IMG/VR virus record: IMGVR_UViG_3300040733_000117
Location: 1 to 34,169 of that record
Source of the DNA: a virus
Taxonomy: Duplodnaviria; Caudoviricetes
Strand: one strand, 5' to 3'
Length of the DNA stretch: 34,169 bases
In this document: positions 17,069 through 25,604 of the stretch, in pieces
Layout of the letters: each line of letters starts with the position of its first letter
Numbering within the stretch: the first letter of the stretch is position 1
Notes under the pieces: model-generated
Told to the model about the DNA's origin: nothing
Database searches by the model: none
What the model saw: only the letters and a program-made list of their open reading frames with translations
Made by a program: the position numbers and the translations under genes

Positions 17069-17539
17069 GTGAGCTATTACTGCACAGTGCCCAACGTAAA
17101 GGCCAGAAATCACGCTCTTCTTGACGATCTGGAAGAGGACGATGCCGGCAGCGGGGAAATCACCGACGCCATCAAGGGCGCACAGGATATTGTGGACGGG
17201 ATGCTTCGAAAGTTGTATCCCGTTCCACTTTCCACTGCCCCCGATACCGTGGTGAAGATAACCGCTGATCTGGCGGCAGCCACCTGTATTGCTGATGTCG
17301 TTGGTAATACAGGAGCAGATGAAGATCCTATCCAGGCGCAGGACCTCCGTAAGAATGCAATGGACCTGCTCAAGATGATCAACGCCGGCGATCTCCAGCT
17401 CGACATCGCCCCTCCTGTCGTCGAGACCAGTGTGATGAAACAGGCCAGGTGCACAACATATTACAGTCATCCGAAGTTCAATCACTGGGATCCCTCGGAC
17501 CCCAGAACGTACCGGGATCACAGACACGGGAGGCGCTGA
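17069..17539 (+). CDS. Head-tail adaptor (Mu gp36/DUF1320-like)
   Basis: YCT...V; A..IVDG.L...YPVPL...P..V..I.ADLA; A..LL..I..G...L. Confidence 0.85.
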   Translation: MSYYCTVPNVKARNHALLDDLEEDDAGSGEITDAIKGAQDIVDGMLRKLYPVPLSTAPDTVVKITADLAAATCIADVVGNTGADEDPIQAQDLRKNAMDLLKMINAGDLQLDIAPPVVETSVMKQARCTTYYSHPKFNHWDPSDPRTYRDHRHGRR

Positions 17540-18189
17540 TGGGCGGGGCTATAATCGTATCAATCGATGATACCCAGGTGCTGAGCATGCTCGAGCGCGT
17601 GAGGAATCTCACAACAGATTTTAGAGAACCTCTCCGCAATGCCGGCATATATGCTATGCGTCAGGTCGACAAGCACTTTCAGGAAGAAATGGGTCCAGAT
17701 GAACCCTGGGAAGAGCTTTCTGATGTTACACTGGACCGCAGGAGAAAAGGCAAGAAGAAAGGACGATCTGATAAGATTCTTCAGGATACCGGAACGCTGA
17801 AAAAGAGCGTGATTGGTGGAGGCTCGGGACACATTGAACGCCTGGGGCAAATGCAGTTTGAATTTGGGACAAGCATTGAATATGCAGGCATCCATCAATA
17901 CGGTACGGTCTCGCGAGGCGGGACTCTCCCCGACATCAAAATGTCAGGGGCTATCACGGTAAGGCACGCGCTCACCAAGTCTGGACAATTGAAGAAGCAG
18001 AAGAGTAACAAGAATCTTCTGGTTTTTGCGAAGCGGAGTAACAAAAATTTTCTAGAGCGTTCATTCGCCATGAAAGAGCGTACCGTTGGCATTCCGCCAC
18101 GCCCCTTTCTCTGGCTCAGTACAGAAGCCCAGGAGCATATTACTGGCATTTTTGGAATCTGGGCAAAACATAAACTGGAGGATCTATGA
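17539..18189 (+). CDS. Virion morphogenesis protein (Mu gpG-like)
   Basis: F.EE.GP...W..LS..T...R; ILQDTG.L..S; GT...YA.IHQYG; IP.RPFL; TGATG overlap. Confidence 0.9.
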   Translation: MGGAIIVSIDDTQVLSMLERVRNLTTDFREPLRNAGIYAMRQVDKHFQEEMGPDEPWEELSDVTLDRRRKGKKKGRSDKILQDTGTLKKSVIGGGSGHIERLGQMQFEFGTSIEYAGIHQYGTVSRGGTLPDIKMSGAITVRHALTKSGQLKKQKSNKNLLVFAKRSNKNFLERSFAMKERTVGIPPRPFLWLSTEAQEHITGIFGIWAKHKLEDL

Positions 18190-18644
18190 CCATACCGGAA
18201 AGGCTGAAAGAACTTCTGGAGACCGAGATAGCCAATGGCGCTGCAGGCAGACTCGAGGATCTCGTTGGTGTATACATCGGTAAACTCGATGTGCTCCCGC
18301 AGGACAAATATCCGCTGGTGTGTATCGTTACCGACCCGGGAAAGTACAGTTACAATGGCAATTTTGTGCAGATAGAGCACAACTACACGCTTCAAGTCGG
18401 GGTGCTCAATGCATCCCTGCAGGAAGCCGAGGAACTCCGCGACCAACTCATATTCGACGAGCAGGCCAGTCCGCCTACCGGACTGATACCCTTCCTTCTG
18501 GACAACAACAATTTTACCTGCGGCAGCACGTCATATGAGCTTACGGTTGGGGAAACGGCAACGGGAATAGCCAAAGACCCTGGCAGCAGGATGACTGCTG
18601 CGGCGGAGATCCCAGTCACCATAACAACGGAGATAACAATTTAA
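18186..18644 (+). CDS. Putative tail completion/terminator protein
   Basis: Position between gpG-like and tube genes; VYIG....P...YP.V.I pattern; 152 aa. Confidence 0.65.
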   Translation: MTIPERLKELLETEIANGAAGRLEDLVGVYIGKLDVLPQDKYPLVCIVTDPGKYSYNGNFVQIEHNYTLQVGVLNASLQEAEELRDQLIFDEQASPPTGLIPFLLDNNNFTCGSTSYELTVGETATGIAKDPGSRMTAAAEIPVTITTEITI

Positions 18645-18662
18645 AAGAAAGGAAGTGATAAA

Positions 18663-19211
18663 ATGTCTAAAGATACTCTCGCGATCCTTAAAGGCGCTCC
18701 CTCAGATTTCTATATCGATGGAAGAGACGCTGGCTATGGGGAGATGGCGGACATAATCTACAAATTGCTGTTTGATAAGGTAAAACTTGGCTGTCCTATG
18801 AACCAGATCGTGTCTCTCCCTGAAGAACTGCAGAGCGGTATGAAGGTTATACTGCTTCAGATCGACCCCACAAATGTCTCAGACGCTCTTTCTGGCCTGG
18901 ATATTACCTCGGATTACACTCTTGGCGATGCCGGACTGACGCACCTCTCCAGTATGGATGACCTTGTAGGAACTTATCTGGGCCTTGGCGCCACATATAC
19001 CCAGAAAGAGCCCTCATTCACTATCACAGGCAAATTCCCGAAAAGCAATCTTCAGTATGTAATTCATTACTGGAAGACCAATATCGAGATGGACGGTAAC
19101 TTGACATTGGGTCAGGAACGTACCAAACTCCCCATAAATGTGGAGTCTCTCAGGGTTGAAGATAAGAGCCCAAATTATCACGGCTTCATATTTTTCCAGA
19201 AAGCAACCTAA
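18663..19211 (+). CDS. Major tail (tube) protein
   Basis: Strong RBS AGAAAGGAAGTGAT; ILKGAP.DFYIDGRD.GY; 182 aa; followed by a terminator and frameshifting chaperone. Confidence 0.75.
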   Translation: MSKDTLAILKGAPSDFYIDGRDAGYGEMADIIYKLLFDKVKLGCPMNQIVSLPEELQSGMKVILLQIDPTNVSDALSGLDITSDYTLGDAGLTHLSSMDDLVGTYLGLGATYTQKEPSFTITGKFPKSNLQYVIHYWKTNIEMDGNLTLGQERTKLPINVESLRVEDKSPNYHGFIFFQKAT

Positions 19212-19235
19212 CCATGTTCGTACCACCCCAGAGAC

Positions 19236-19268
19236 AAGAGAGGGTGTAACAACCCTCTCTTCTTTTTT
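19236..19268 (+). terminator. Intrinsic terminator after tail tube gene
   Basis: AAGAGAGGGT-GTAACA-ACCCTCTCTT followed by CTTTTTT. Confidence 0.85.
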
Positions 19269-19286
19269 GAGATTTAAGGAGGAGTT

Positions 19287-19649
19287 ATGGAGGAAAACCA
19301 GTTCGATGATCTGAGAGAAAAGGAGATTGTTCTTGGAGGAAAGACTCTTGTTATGAGGGAAATGGCGGGCGCCATTCGAGAGAAATATGATGCTTTGATA
19401 TCCCTTATGGGAAAGTATGAACTCCGCTTAGAGACGGCTGAGACAATTGAAGATGCTGAGAAAGCAGGAGAAGATCTATCGAGGCTCAGGGGTAGGCTGA
19501 TGCAATTATGGTTCCCCGAGGAGGATGGCACCTGGCTTGAATCTCAACGCACCAAGGAACGGTTTATAAATCTTCTCTTGGATCAAATAATCCTCAACAA
19601 GGATGAGGAACTCTCAAAAAAAATGATGAGCCAGGTGGCAGTGAAATAA
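19287..19649 (+). CDS. Tail assembly chaperone (G-type)
   Basis: Follows tube gene; 120 aa; slippery A-run near its 3' end. Confidence 0.8.
   Translation: MEENQFDDLREKEIVLGGKTLVMREMAGAIREKYDALISLMGKYELRLETAETIEDAEKAGEDLSRLRGRLMQLWFPEEDGTWLESQRTKERFINLLLDQIILNKDEELSKKMMSQVAVK
19616..19623 (+). other. Programmed -1 ribosomal frameshift site (A AAA AAA)
   Basis: TCA AAA AAA ATG in frame 0; -1 frame (AAT GAT GAG CCA...) is open from 19622 to 20038. Confidence 0.8.
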
Positions 19650-20038
19650 CCTGGAACCTGGCTTGTTTCAAACTTACCGGATGCCCTCTCAAGGCACGCA
19701 AGCTCTGGCGCACGCAAAGTCCCCGACTCATAAATATGTGGCTCAGATGTAATGAGCGTAATGAATTTGAAAAGCGGCAATGGGAAGCCGCTCTTAACGG
19801 CATCACGCTTGAAGAGCCTGAATGGAATGATGAGCAGTCAGAGCTGGAGCATAAGCGCTCGATACAAAAGTTCAAAGATTATATACGCTGGAAAGCTAAA
19901 AAACAAGCTGAAGGCACCTATATAGATCCCCGCAATATTGACGCCCTATTGAAATCAGACAAGGGGGTAATTATAGGTATCAATAGCGAGAACGAACAGA
20001 AATTACAGAAAAAACTTAAAAAACAAGGAGTGGTATGA
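19622..20038 (+). CDS. Frameshifted C-terminal part of the GT-type tail chaperone (fusion 19287..20038)
   Basis: -1 frame NDEPGGSEITWNLACFKLTGCP...MWLRCNERN is continuous with the 19736..20038 ORF, which lacks its own RBS. Confidence 0.75.
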   Translation, partial: NDEPGGSEITWNLACFKLTGCPLKARKLWRTQSPRLINMWLRCNERNEFEKRQWEAALNGITLEEPEWNDEQSELEHKRSIQKFKDYIRWKAKKQAEGTYIDPRNIDALLKSDKGVIIGINSENEQKLQKKLKKQGVV

Positions 20039-20042
20039 AAAG

Positions 20043-21998
20043 ATGTATCTATTGACAGCACCTGATAATTTCCCCAAGGAAAAGCGCTCGATACTTGGCC
20101 ACGAAGTCACAGATGGTGTGGTCAAAGTGGGAGCTCAGTATTATTGGCACACACTGATTCGTCACGGATGGAGAGACGTGACACCACGAAACTGGCCCAG
20201 ATCATACTGGAAGCCGGCGCGAATGGACAACGTGCTTCTGATGCATCATTCGGGAGCGGGAGACATGCTCTTTATGACGCCAATCATAAAGGCATTCGTC
20301 GAAAAATACCCTGACATAAAAGTACATGTCGCCACAGATCTCCAGGGCGTGGTGATGCTTATGGGAAATCCTCACGTAAGCGGAACCTTCGTTGATGCCG
20401 ATCATTATATTCCCCACTACCTCGAAGACTTCGATGATGCCATATGCTTCAACGGAATACTCACTAAAAATCATGAATCAAATCTTATCAACGTATATGA
20501 TATGTTTGCCGAGTGGGCTGGTGTAAAACTTCTGGATGAGCAAAAGAAGCCCGAGATGTATCTGACACCCTCCGAGAAGCTGGATGTAGAAAAATGGCTC
20601 CAGGAAAAACTTGACTGGAAAGAAGGAGACAAACTTGTGACCGTCCAGCTCTCAGCCAGTTCCCCGGTGCGGAGCGTTGAGGAATGGAAAATGCTCGAGG
20701 TCGCCAAGAAGATCCAAGATGACGGGTATAAAGTTTTTGTGTTTTCGTATACCCAACTGAATGACTGCATATATGCGGTATGCGATAAGTGTGGCACTTC
20801 TGAAATTGTATCTGCACCCCGAAAACTACTTATTGAAAAACATAAGTGCAGAAACTGCGGGAATATCATTGATGTTGGCAACAAGAGGGGGATAGAGGGA
20901 ATAGCCTGTTCTGACTCAACGACTTCCGTCAGACGTATTGCCGGAATCATCGAAAAAGCCAGTTACCATATAGGCCCCGATAGCGTAGGTGTCCACTTGG
21001 CTGCCGCTTATGACGTGCCCTGTCTGGGCCTCTTTTCTTCCTTCGAGGGCGATCTCAGGATGCGCTATTATCCGAAAGGTCGATGGATTCAGAAAGACTT
21101 TCCCTGTGCGCCATGCTTTTCTCATCATATGAAGTGCCAGAGATCCCCTGGGGAAGTGGCTCCATGTATGTCTCAATTTACCGTCGAAGAGATTTATCAG
21201 GAATTCAAGAAGATGGAAGCTGGTGAACCTTGGCTGAAGCCAGAGCCATTCAAACCTTATGCAAATCCTCGCCATTGCCCTGTTTGTGAAGTTCAGTATC
21301 ACAGATATATCAATCGAAAAGGCGCTCTATGCTATTACGAGTGTCTGCGATGTGGAGCAGTATATACCGATCAGGAAGTTCCTCCCAGATATGAAACTGA
21401 TTCCTATTATGAAGAGCATCTGGGAGCAATGAATTCAGGGTATTTAAATGGCCAGGCTGGTGCGGGTAAATTGCTTCACAGCAGTTATTATAGGGAAGGC
21501 GGCGTCAATAGAGTTCTTGATTTTGGATGTGGAGTGGCTCACACTCTTGCTAAAATGCATGAGCTTGGCTGGGAGGTTCTTGGCATCGAGCTCACACAGG
21601 CTGCAGTCAAAAAGAATGCTGAGCTGTACCCCCAAGTGGAAGTCCGCCAGGAAAATATACTGGAGATGAAACCAGACAAGCTCTTTTCACTTGTCTGGAT
21701 AAACAATGTTCTGGAACATATCGATCGCCCCAGACCGTTGATACAGAAAATATGGGATCTCCTTGAGGATGGTGGGAGATTATCGATACAGATCCCGGAT
21801 CTCTCCGTGTGGAAAAATATGTTTTATATGGGTAAATGGGGCGGTGTAAACAATAACTATGCTGGTGAGCACTGCGTCCTTTACAACTCAACTACCCTCA
21901 CCTGGTTGATGCAGGAGTTCGGTTTTGGTGAGCCAGTTGTAGAGAAACACCCTGGACCTGATTGTCTATGGATGAGTTTTAGGAAAGTGAGTAAATAA
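20043..21998 (+). CDS. Glycosyltransferase family 9 (heptosyltransferase-like) fused to a class I SAM-dependent methyltransferase
   Basis: GAGDML..TP.IKA....YP..V.V; IGPDS..VHLAAA.DVP.LGLF; C.PCF...C...CM; then CPVC..CLRC, VLDFGCG, GIE, NVLEHI..P, GG.L.I..PD. Confidence 0.9.
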   Translation: MYLLTAPDNFPKEKRSILGHEVTDGVVKVGAQYYWHTLIRHGWRDVTPRNWPRSYWKPARMDNVLLMHHSGAGDMLFMTPIIKAFVEKYPDIKVHVATDLQGVVMLMGNPHVSGTFVDADHYIPHYLEDFDDAICFNGILTKNHESNLINVYDMFAEWAGVKLLDEQKKPEMYLTPSEKLDVEKWLQEKLDWKEGDKLVTVQLSASSPVRSVEEWKMLEVAKKIQDDGYKVFVFSYTQLNDCIYAVCDKCGTSEIVSAPRKLLIEKHKCRNCGNIIDVGNKRGIEGIACSDSTTSVRRIAGIIEKASYHIGPDSVGVHLAAAYDVPCLGLFSSFEGDLRMRYYPKGRWIQKDFPCAPCFSHHMKCQRSPGEVAPCMSQFTVEEIYQEFKKMEAGEPWLKPEPFKPYANPRHCPVCEVQYHRYINRKGALCYYECLRCGAVYTDQEVPPRYETDSYYEEHLGAMNSGYLNGQAGAGKLLHSSYYREGGVNRVLDFGCGVAHTLAKMHELGWEVLGIELTQAAVKKNAELYPQVEVRQENILEMKPDKLFSLVWINNVLEHIDRPRPLIQKIWDLLEDGGRLSIQIPDLSVWKNMFYMGKWGGVNNNYAGEHCVLYNSTTLTWLMQEFGFGEPVVEKHPGPDCLWMSFRKVSK

Positions 21999-24900
21999 AT
22001 GGGACTCATAAGCGAGCTCGTAATCAAATTATCAGCGCAATCAGATGCTTCAATAAATGAGACTCTGGGAGCCGCCAGGAAAAGAGTGCAGGATCTTTCT
22101 GGAGAGATCACCGACCTGGCTCAAAAAACTACTATAGGCTTTGGAGCTTTTGCTGTTGGTGCAGGTGTCCTGGTGAAATCCTGGGCTGATGCCGCCGGGC
22201 AGATGGAGCAGTATAGAGCAAAATTAACCACGGTGCTGAAGTCCAGCACAGAAGCAAGCAAAACAATCACCGATGCTGTAACGATGGCAGCAAAAACACC
22301 CTTTGAGGTGAGTGAAATTGTCAATGCCACAGTGCAACTGGAAGTATACGGTATAAAAGCGAAAGAAATCCTGCCCTTAATAGGAGACCTCGCTGCAGGG
22401 ATGGGAAAAAATTTGAGTGCGACAACTCTGGTTGTTGCAAAGGCATTGTCGGGAAGCGCTGAAGGTTTCGAGTCTCTGAGAAACGAGTACGGAATTACAA
22501 CGGCAAAACTGGCTCAATATGGTGCAGTGCTTAGCTCTACAGGTTCAATCAGCGTAAAGACAACCTCTGAACTCGAAAAAGCTAAAAACGCTCTTCTTTC
22601 CATCATAAAAACTAATTTTGGTGGTGCAATGGAGCGGCAAAACCAGACCTGGCAGGGCGCCATCTCAAACCTGAGCGATGCCATTGAAAAACTCAAAGTA
22701 GCTCTTGGTAATGAATTGGCGCCAACATTAGCTTCGACAACAAGAGGCATTACGAATATCATTGAGAGCTTCAATAAATCCGGTGGAGCACTGAAGCCAT
22801 TCATTGCCTGGGGAACGCTGGCGGCAGGCGCTTTTGCAGCTATGTTGACACCACTCGGGGCATTAATAAGAACGGTCCCGGGGATGATCGCAACATACAA
22901 CCTCCTGAGCCTGCAAATAGGCAAAGTAGCGGCATCTCAAGCCTGGGCAAATATTGTGCAAACATTGGGAACTAAAATCACCTATCAAGATATAGCGGCC
23001 AAAGTACTGCTTTTAACCGGAAGCGCGAACCTTGCACTAGCAAATTTCACATTGGCAGGGAGTTTCGAGGCAATAGGGACTGCTGCCACAGCGACATGGG
23101 CGGCAATGGCTGCAAATCCTCTCGGAGTGGCTCTTATTGCAGTCGGCTTATTGGCAGCGGCGGCTACTTATTGGAAATCAGTAGAGGACGAACGCGCAAA
23201 GAAAATGAACGAAGGGATTGCAAGCAACCATAAGGCCTTAAAAGCCCTACACTTGATAACAGGTGATTATGCCGGTAAATCAATAGAAGACCTGAAAAAA
23301 ATGGGAGTCGCATCACAGAACCTGGATGAGGCTATCACAGACATGAAGGACGGGATGACCAAGGCAATACTGGAGGGAAATACTGCATTAGGAAATTATT
23401 ATAAAAATGCTATTGCGGATGCTCAGAGAATGAAAAAAGAGCTCGCTGAGCTGGAGAAACTTTATGGGGTTTCGACGCACGCCATAAAAGCCATCAGCAC
23501 CGAGATGGAAATAATGCAGTCAACACATGCCTTTGCAACAACTGCGGAAGAAATTACATATTTAAACGGCAAACTCAGTGAATTACAGGCCAATCTGGCG
23601 GGAGTTGGGGTTGGTGGCGCGTTAAATCTTGGCGATCTGACTGATACCAAGACGGCGGAAGCAAATCTGAGACAAAATAAGAGAATCCAGGCTGAGCTCC
23701 AGAAACAGTACGATGCTGCCGGACCTGACCAACAGGCGAGCATCAAGATACAACTTGATGCAATGAAGACTCTTGTGGATGCACAGGAAAAAAGCATTGA
23801 AGTCGGTAAGCGCCAGAATAAGGAAAAGCTTGAGGCAAGTAAGTCTTATATCGATCAGCAGAAAGAGCTCAACAGAATGAACATTGATGATGAGATCAAG
23901 GCCAACGAGCGACTATTGCAGAACAAACAACTCGAAAAAGAACAGCGCAAAGACATAGAAAACAACATCACAAAGCTCAAACACGATAAAGAGGTCGAGA
24001 GCAGAAACAACACCGAGCGCACCCTCCAGAAGGAGCTCGACGCCGTGAAGCTTATGACCTCCGGCCAGGTCAAAGAGTATGATCGTATCATCGCCAAAAT
24101 CAAAGAGAAGAAAGACGCTCAGCAGATTACCGAAAAGCAGGCCTATGACCTCAACAAATCAGCTCAGGGCAGCCGCAAGACTCAAGTAGAGAAGGACGAG
24201 AAGGATAGTTATGACCGCCGTGTCAAGGCGGCAGAAACCTATCTCGACCTCGTGGATAAAGCAGAGGAAATGAGCAATGAGGAGCGCCTGGGTATCATAG
24301 ACTCCCTTGAGAAGGCATGGTATGAGATGGAGCGGCAGCGCACAGTGACGACTGAGCAGGCTGAGGACCAGATCAGGAAGCTCATTGAAAAGCGGGCTGC
24401 TCTTGAGAAGAAAATCATCGATGCTAACAAAGCGGCGGAACAGGAGCTCATCAATCTGCGCAAGAGTGCTTTGGACAACGACATCAAGAAACTCGGCGAC
24501 AAAATGAAGGCAGGGGTCAATGTCGAGAAAGAGCTCTATCGGAAGCTTGACGACCGCATGAAGCTTGAGATGAAGGGCGTTGAGAAAAAGGATGACGAAC
24601 TCGCAAAGCAGGACGTATCACAGGCGAGAAGGGATGAGACCAAAGCAAGGTCTGAAGCAGCTCTCTACGAGAAACAGGCTGAGGAAATAGGCTCGATGAT
24701 CTCTGAGCTCCAGAACAAACTTCCTGAAGAACAGGACAGGCTCACAAAGATGAGTATGGAATCCTTAATCAGCAGCCTCAGTGAGCGTAAGGGGAAACTG
24801 GAAGAAAGCTATAAGTCAGCAACAGGCAGAGCTGATATTGCCCAGGCGCAGTCGGCCAATGAGCCTCCTCTCAAGCAGAGCACAAGCGCCGATATCTTCA

Positions 24901-25259
24901 GCCAGGCGACAAATACCTTCTCTGCTTCGGTGAAGGATTTCAGCGCTGCCATTATCCAGATGATTCAGAACTATCAAAAAGATGCCTCGGCAGTATCGGC
25001 AAAAGCCGCAGAGATGAAAATGCCGGCGCCAAAAGTATCGAGCCCGGGGATTTCCCCTGATCAGCAGCGTGCAATAATCCAACAGGCGCAGAATAACCAG
25101 TCGAGTTCGAGCTCTACCACCAGCACCTATATCATGGGCGACAAAGCTATCACTCCCACAGCGGAAGTAGCGGCAAAATGGGGCGGCCTGGCACTGGCTA
25201 TTCAAAATATGCAAAAGAACGGCTATCTTGACAGTATGGGTGGAAGTCTTTCTTTTTAG
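21999..25259 (+). CDS. Tail tape measure protein
   Basis: 1086 aa; N-terminal A.KTPFE..EIV.A..QL..YG...GDLAA motif; Ala-rich hydrophobic stretches (ANPLG..L.A) and long coiled coil. Confidence 0.93.
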   Translation: MGLISELVIKLSAQSDASINETLGAARKRVQDLSGEITDLAQKTTIGFGAFAVGAGVLVKSWADAAGQMEQYRAKLTTVLKSSTEASKTITDAVTMAAKTPFEVSEIVNATVQLEVYGIKAKEILPLIGDLAAGMGKNLSATTLVVAKALSGSAEGFESLRNEYGITTAKLAQYGAVLSSTGSISVKTTSELEKAKNALLSIIKTNFGGAMERQNQTWQGAISNLSDAIEKLKVALGNELAPTLASTTRGITNIIESFNKSGGALKPFIAWGTLAAGAFAAMLTPLGALIRTVPGMIATYNLLSLQIGKVAASQAWANIVQTLGTKITYQDIAAKVLLLTGSANLALANFTLAGSFEAIGTAATATWAAMAANPLGVALIAVGLLAAAATYWKSVEDERAKKMNEGIASNHKALKALHLITGDYAGKSIEDLKKMGVASQNLDEAITDMKDGMTKAILEGNTALGNYYKNAIADAQRMKKELAELEKLYGVSTHAIKAISTEMEIMQSTHAFATTAEEITYLNGKLSELQANLAGVGVGGALNLGDLTDTKTAEANLRQNKRIQAELQKQYDAAGPDQQASIKIQLDAMKTLVDAQEKSIEVGKRQNKEKLEASKSYIDQQKELNRMNIDDEIKANERLLQNKQLEKEQRKDIENNITKLKHDKEVESRNNTERTLQKELDAVKLMTSGQVKEYDRIIAKIKEKKDAQQITEKQAYDLNKSAQGSRKTQVEKDEKDSYDRRVKAAETYLDLVDKAEEMSNEERLGIIDSLEKAWYEMERQRTVTTEQAEDQIRKLIEKRAALEKKIIDANKAAEQELINLRKSALDNDIKKLGDKMKAGVNVEKELYRKLDDRMKLEMKGVEKKDDELAKQDVSQARRDETKARSEAALYEKQAEEIGSMISELQNKLPEEQDRLTKMSMESLISSLSERKGKLEESYKSATGRADIAQAQSANEPPLKQSTSADIFSQATNTFSASVKDFSAAIIQMIQNYQKDASAVSAKAAEMKMPAPKVSSPGISPDQQRAIIQQAQNNQSSSSSTTSTYIMGDKAITPTAEVAAKWGGLALAIQNMQKNGYLDSMGGSLSF

Positions 25260-25268
25260 GAGTTTCTT

Positions 25269-25604
25269 ATGTCGGTAATATGGGAATGGACTGATTCATC
25301 CTCGCAACAGTATAAATTTCATATTGGACAAAATGCTCTGAGATACGACAAGACTCAGCCTGCTGATGTGGTTCACAAGCTCGGAAAACTCCCGAAGAAT
25401 GTCACGATACAGGCGGAAAATATGTCAAGGAGTGAGTCCGACACTGAAGCCGCAAAGCTCGGCACAAAGACTTCCTTCACAATGAAGGACGGAACGGTTA
25501 TTACCGGCTTGGTTGCAGGCCACAGTGAAGGCCCCTTAAAATCCACTTACCCGCCAACACGGACAGTGTCTCTAACAATCGTGAATCCAGTAGTGGAGGC
25601 ATAG
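25269..25604 (+). CDS. Putative distal tail protein
   Basis: AGGAG RBS; directly after tape measure; beta-rich, 111 aa. Confidence 0.55.
   Translation: MSVIWEWTDSSSQQYKFHIGQNALRYDKTQPADVVHKLGKLPKNVTIQAENMSRSESDTEAAKLGTKTSFTMKDGTVITGLVAGHSEGPLKSTYPPTRTVSLTIVNPVVEA

Noticed and set aside
9421-18189. Calling the element a transposable Mu-like phage
   Set aside because: Only head/neck genes are Mu-like; no transposase, MuB, Mor/C or mom is seen, and it encodes DnaB and SSB
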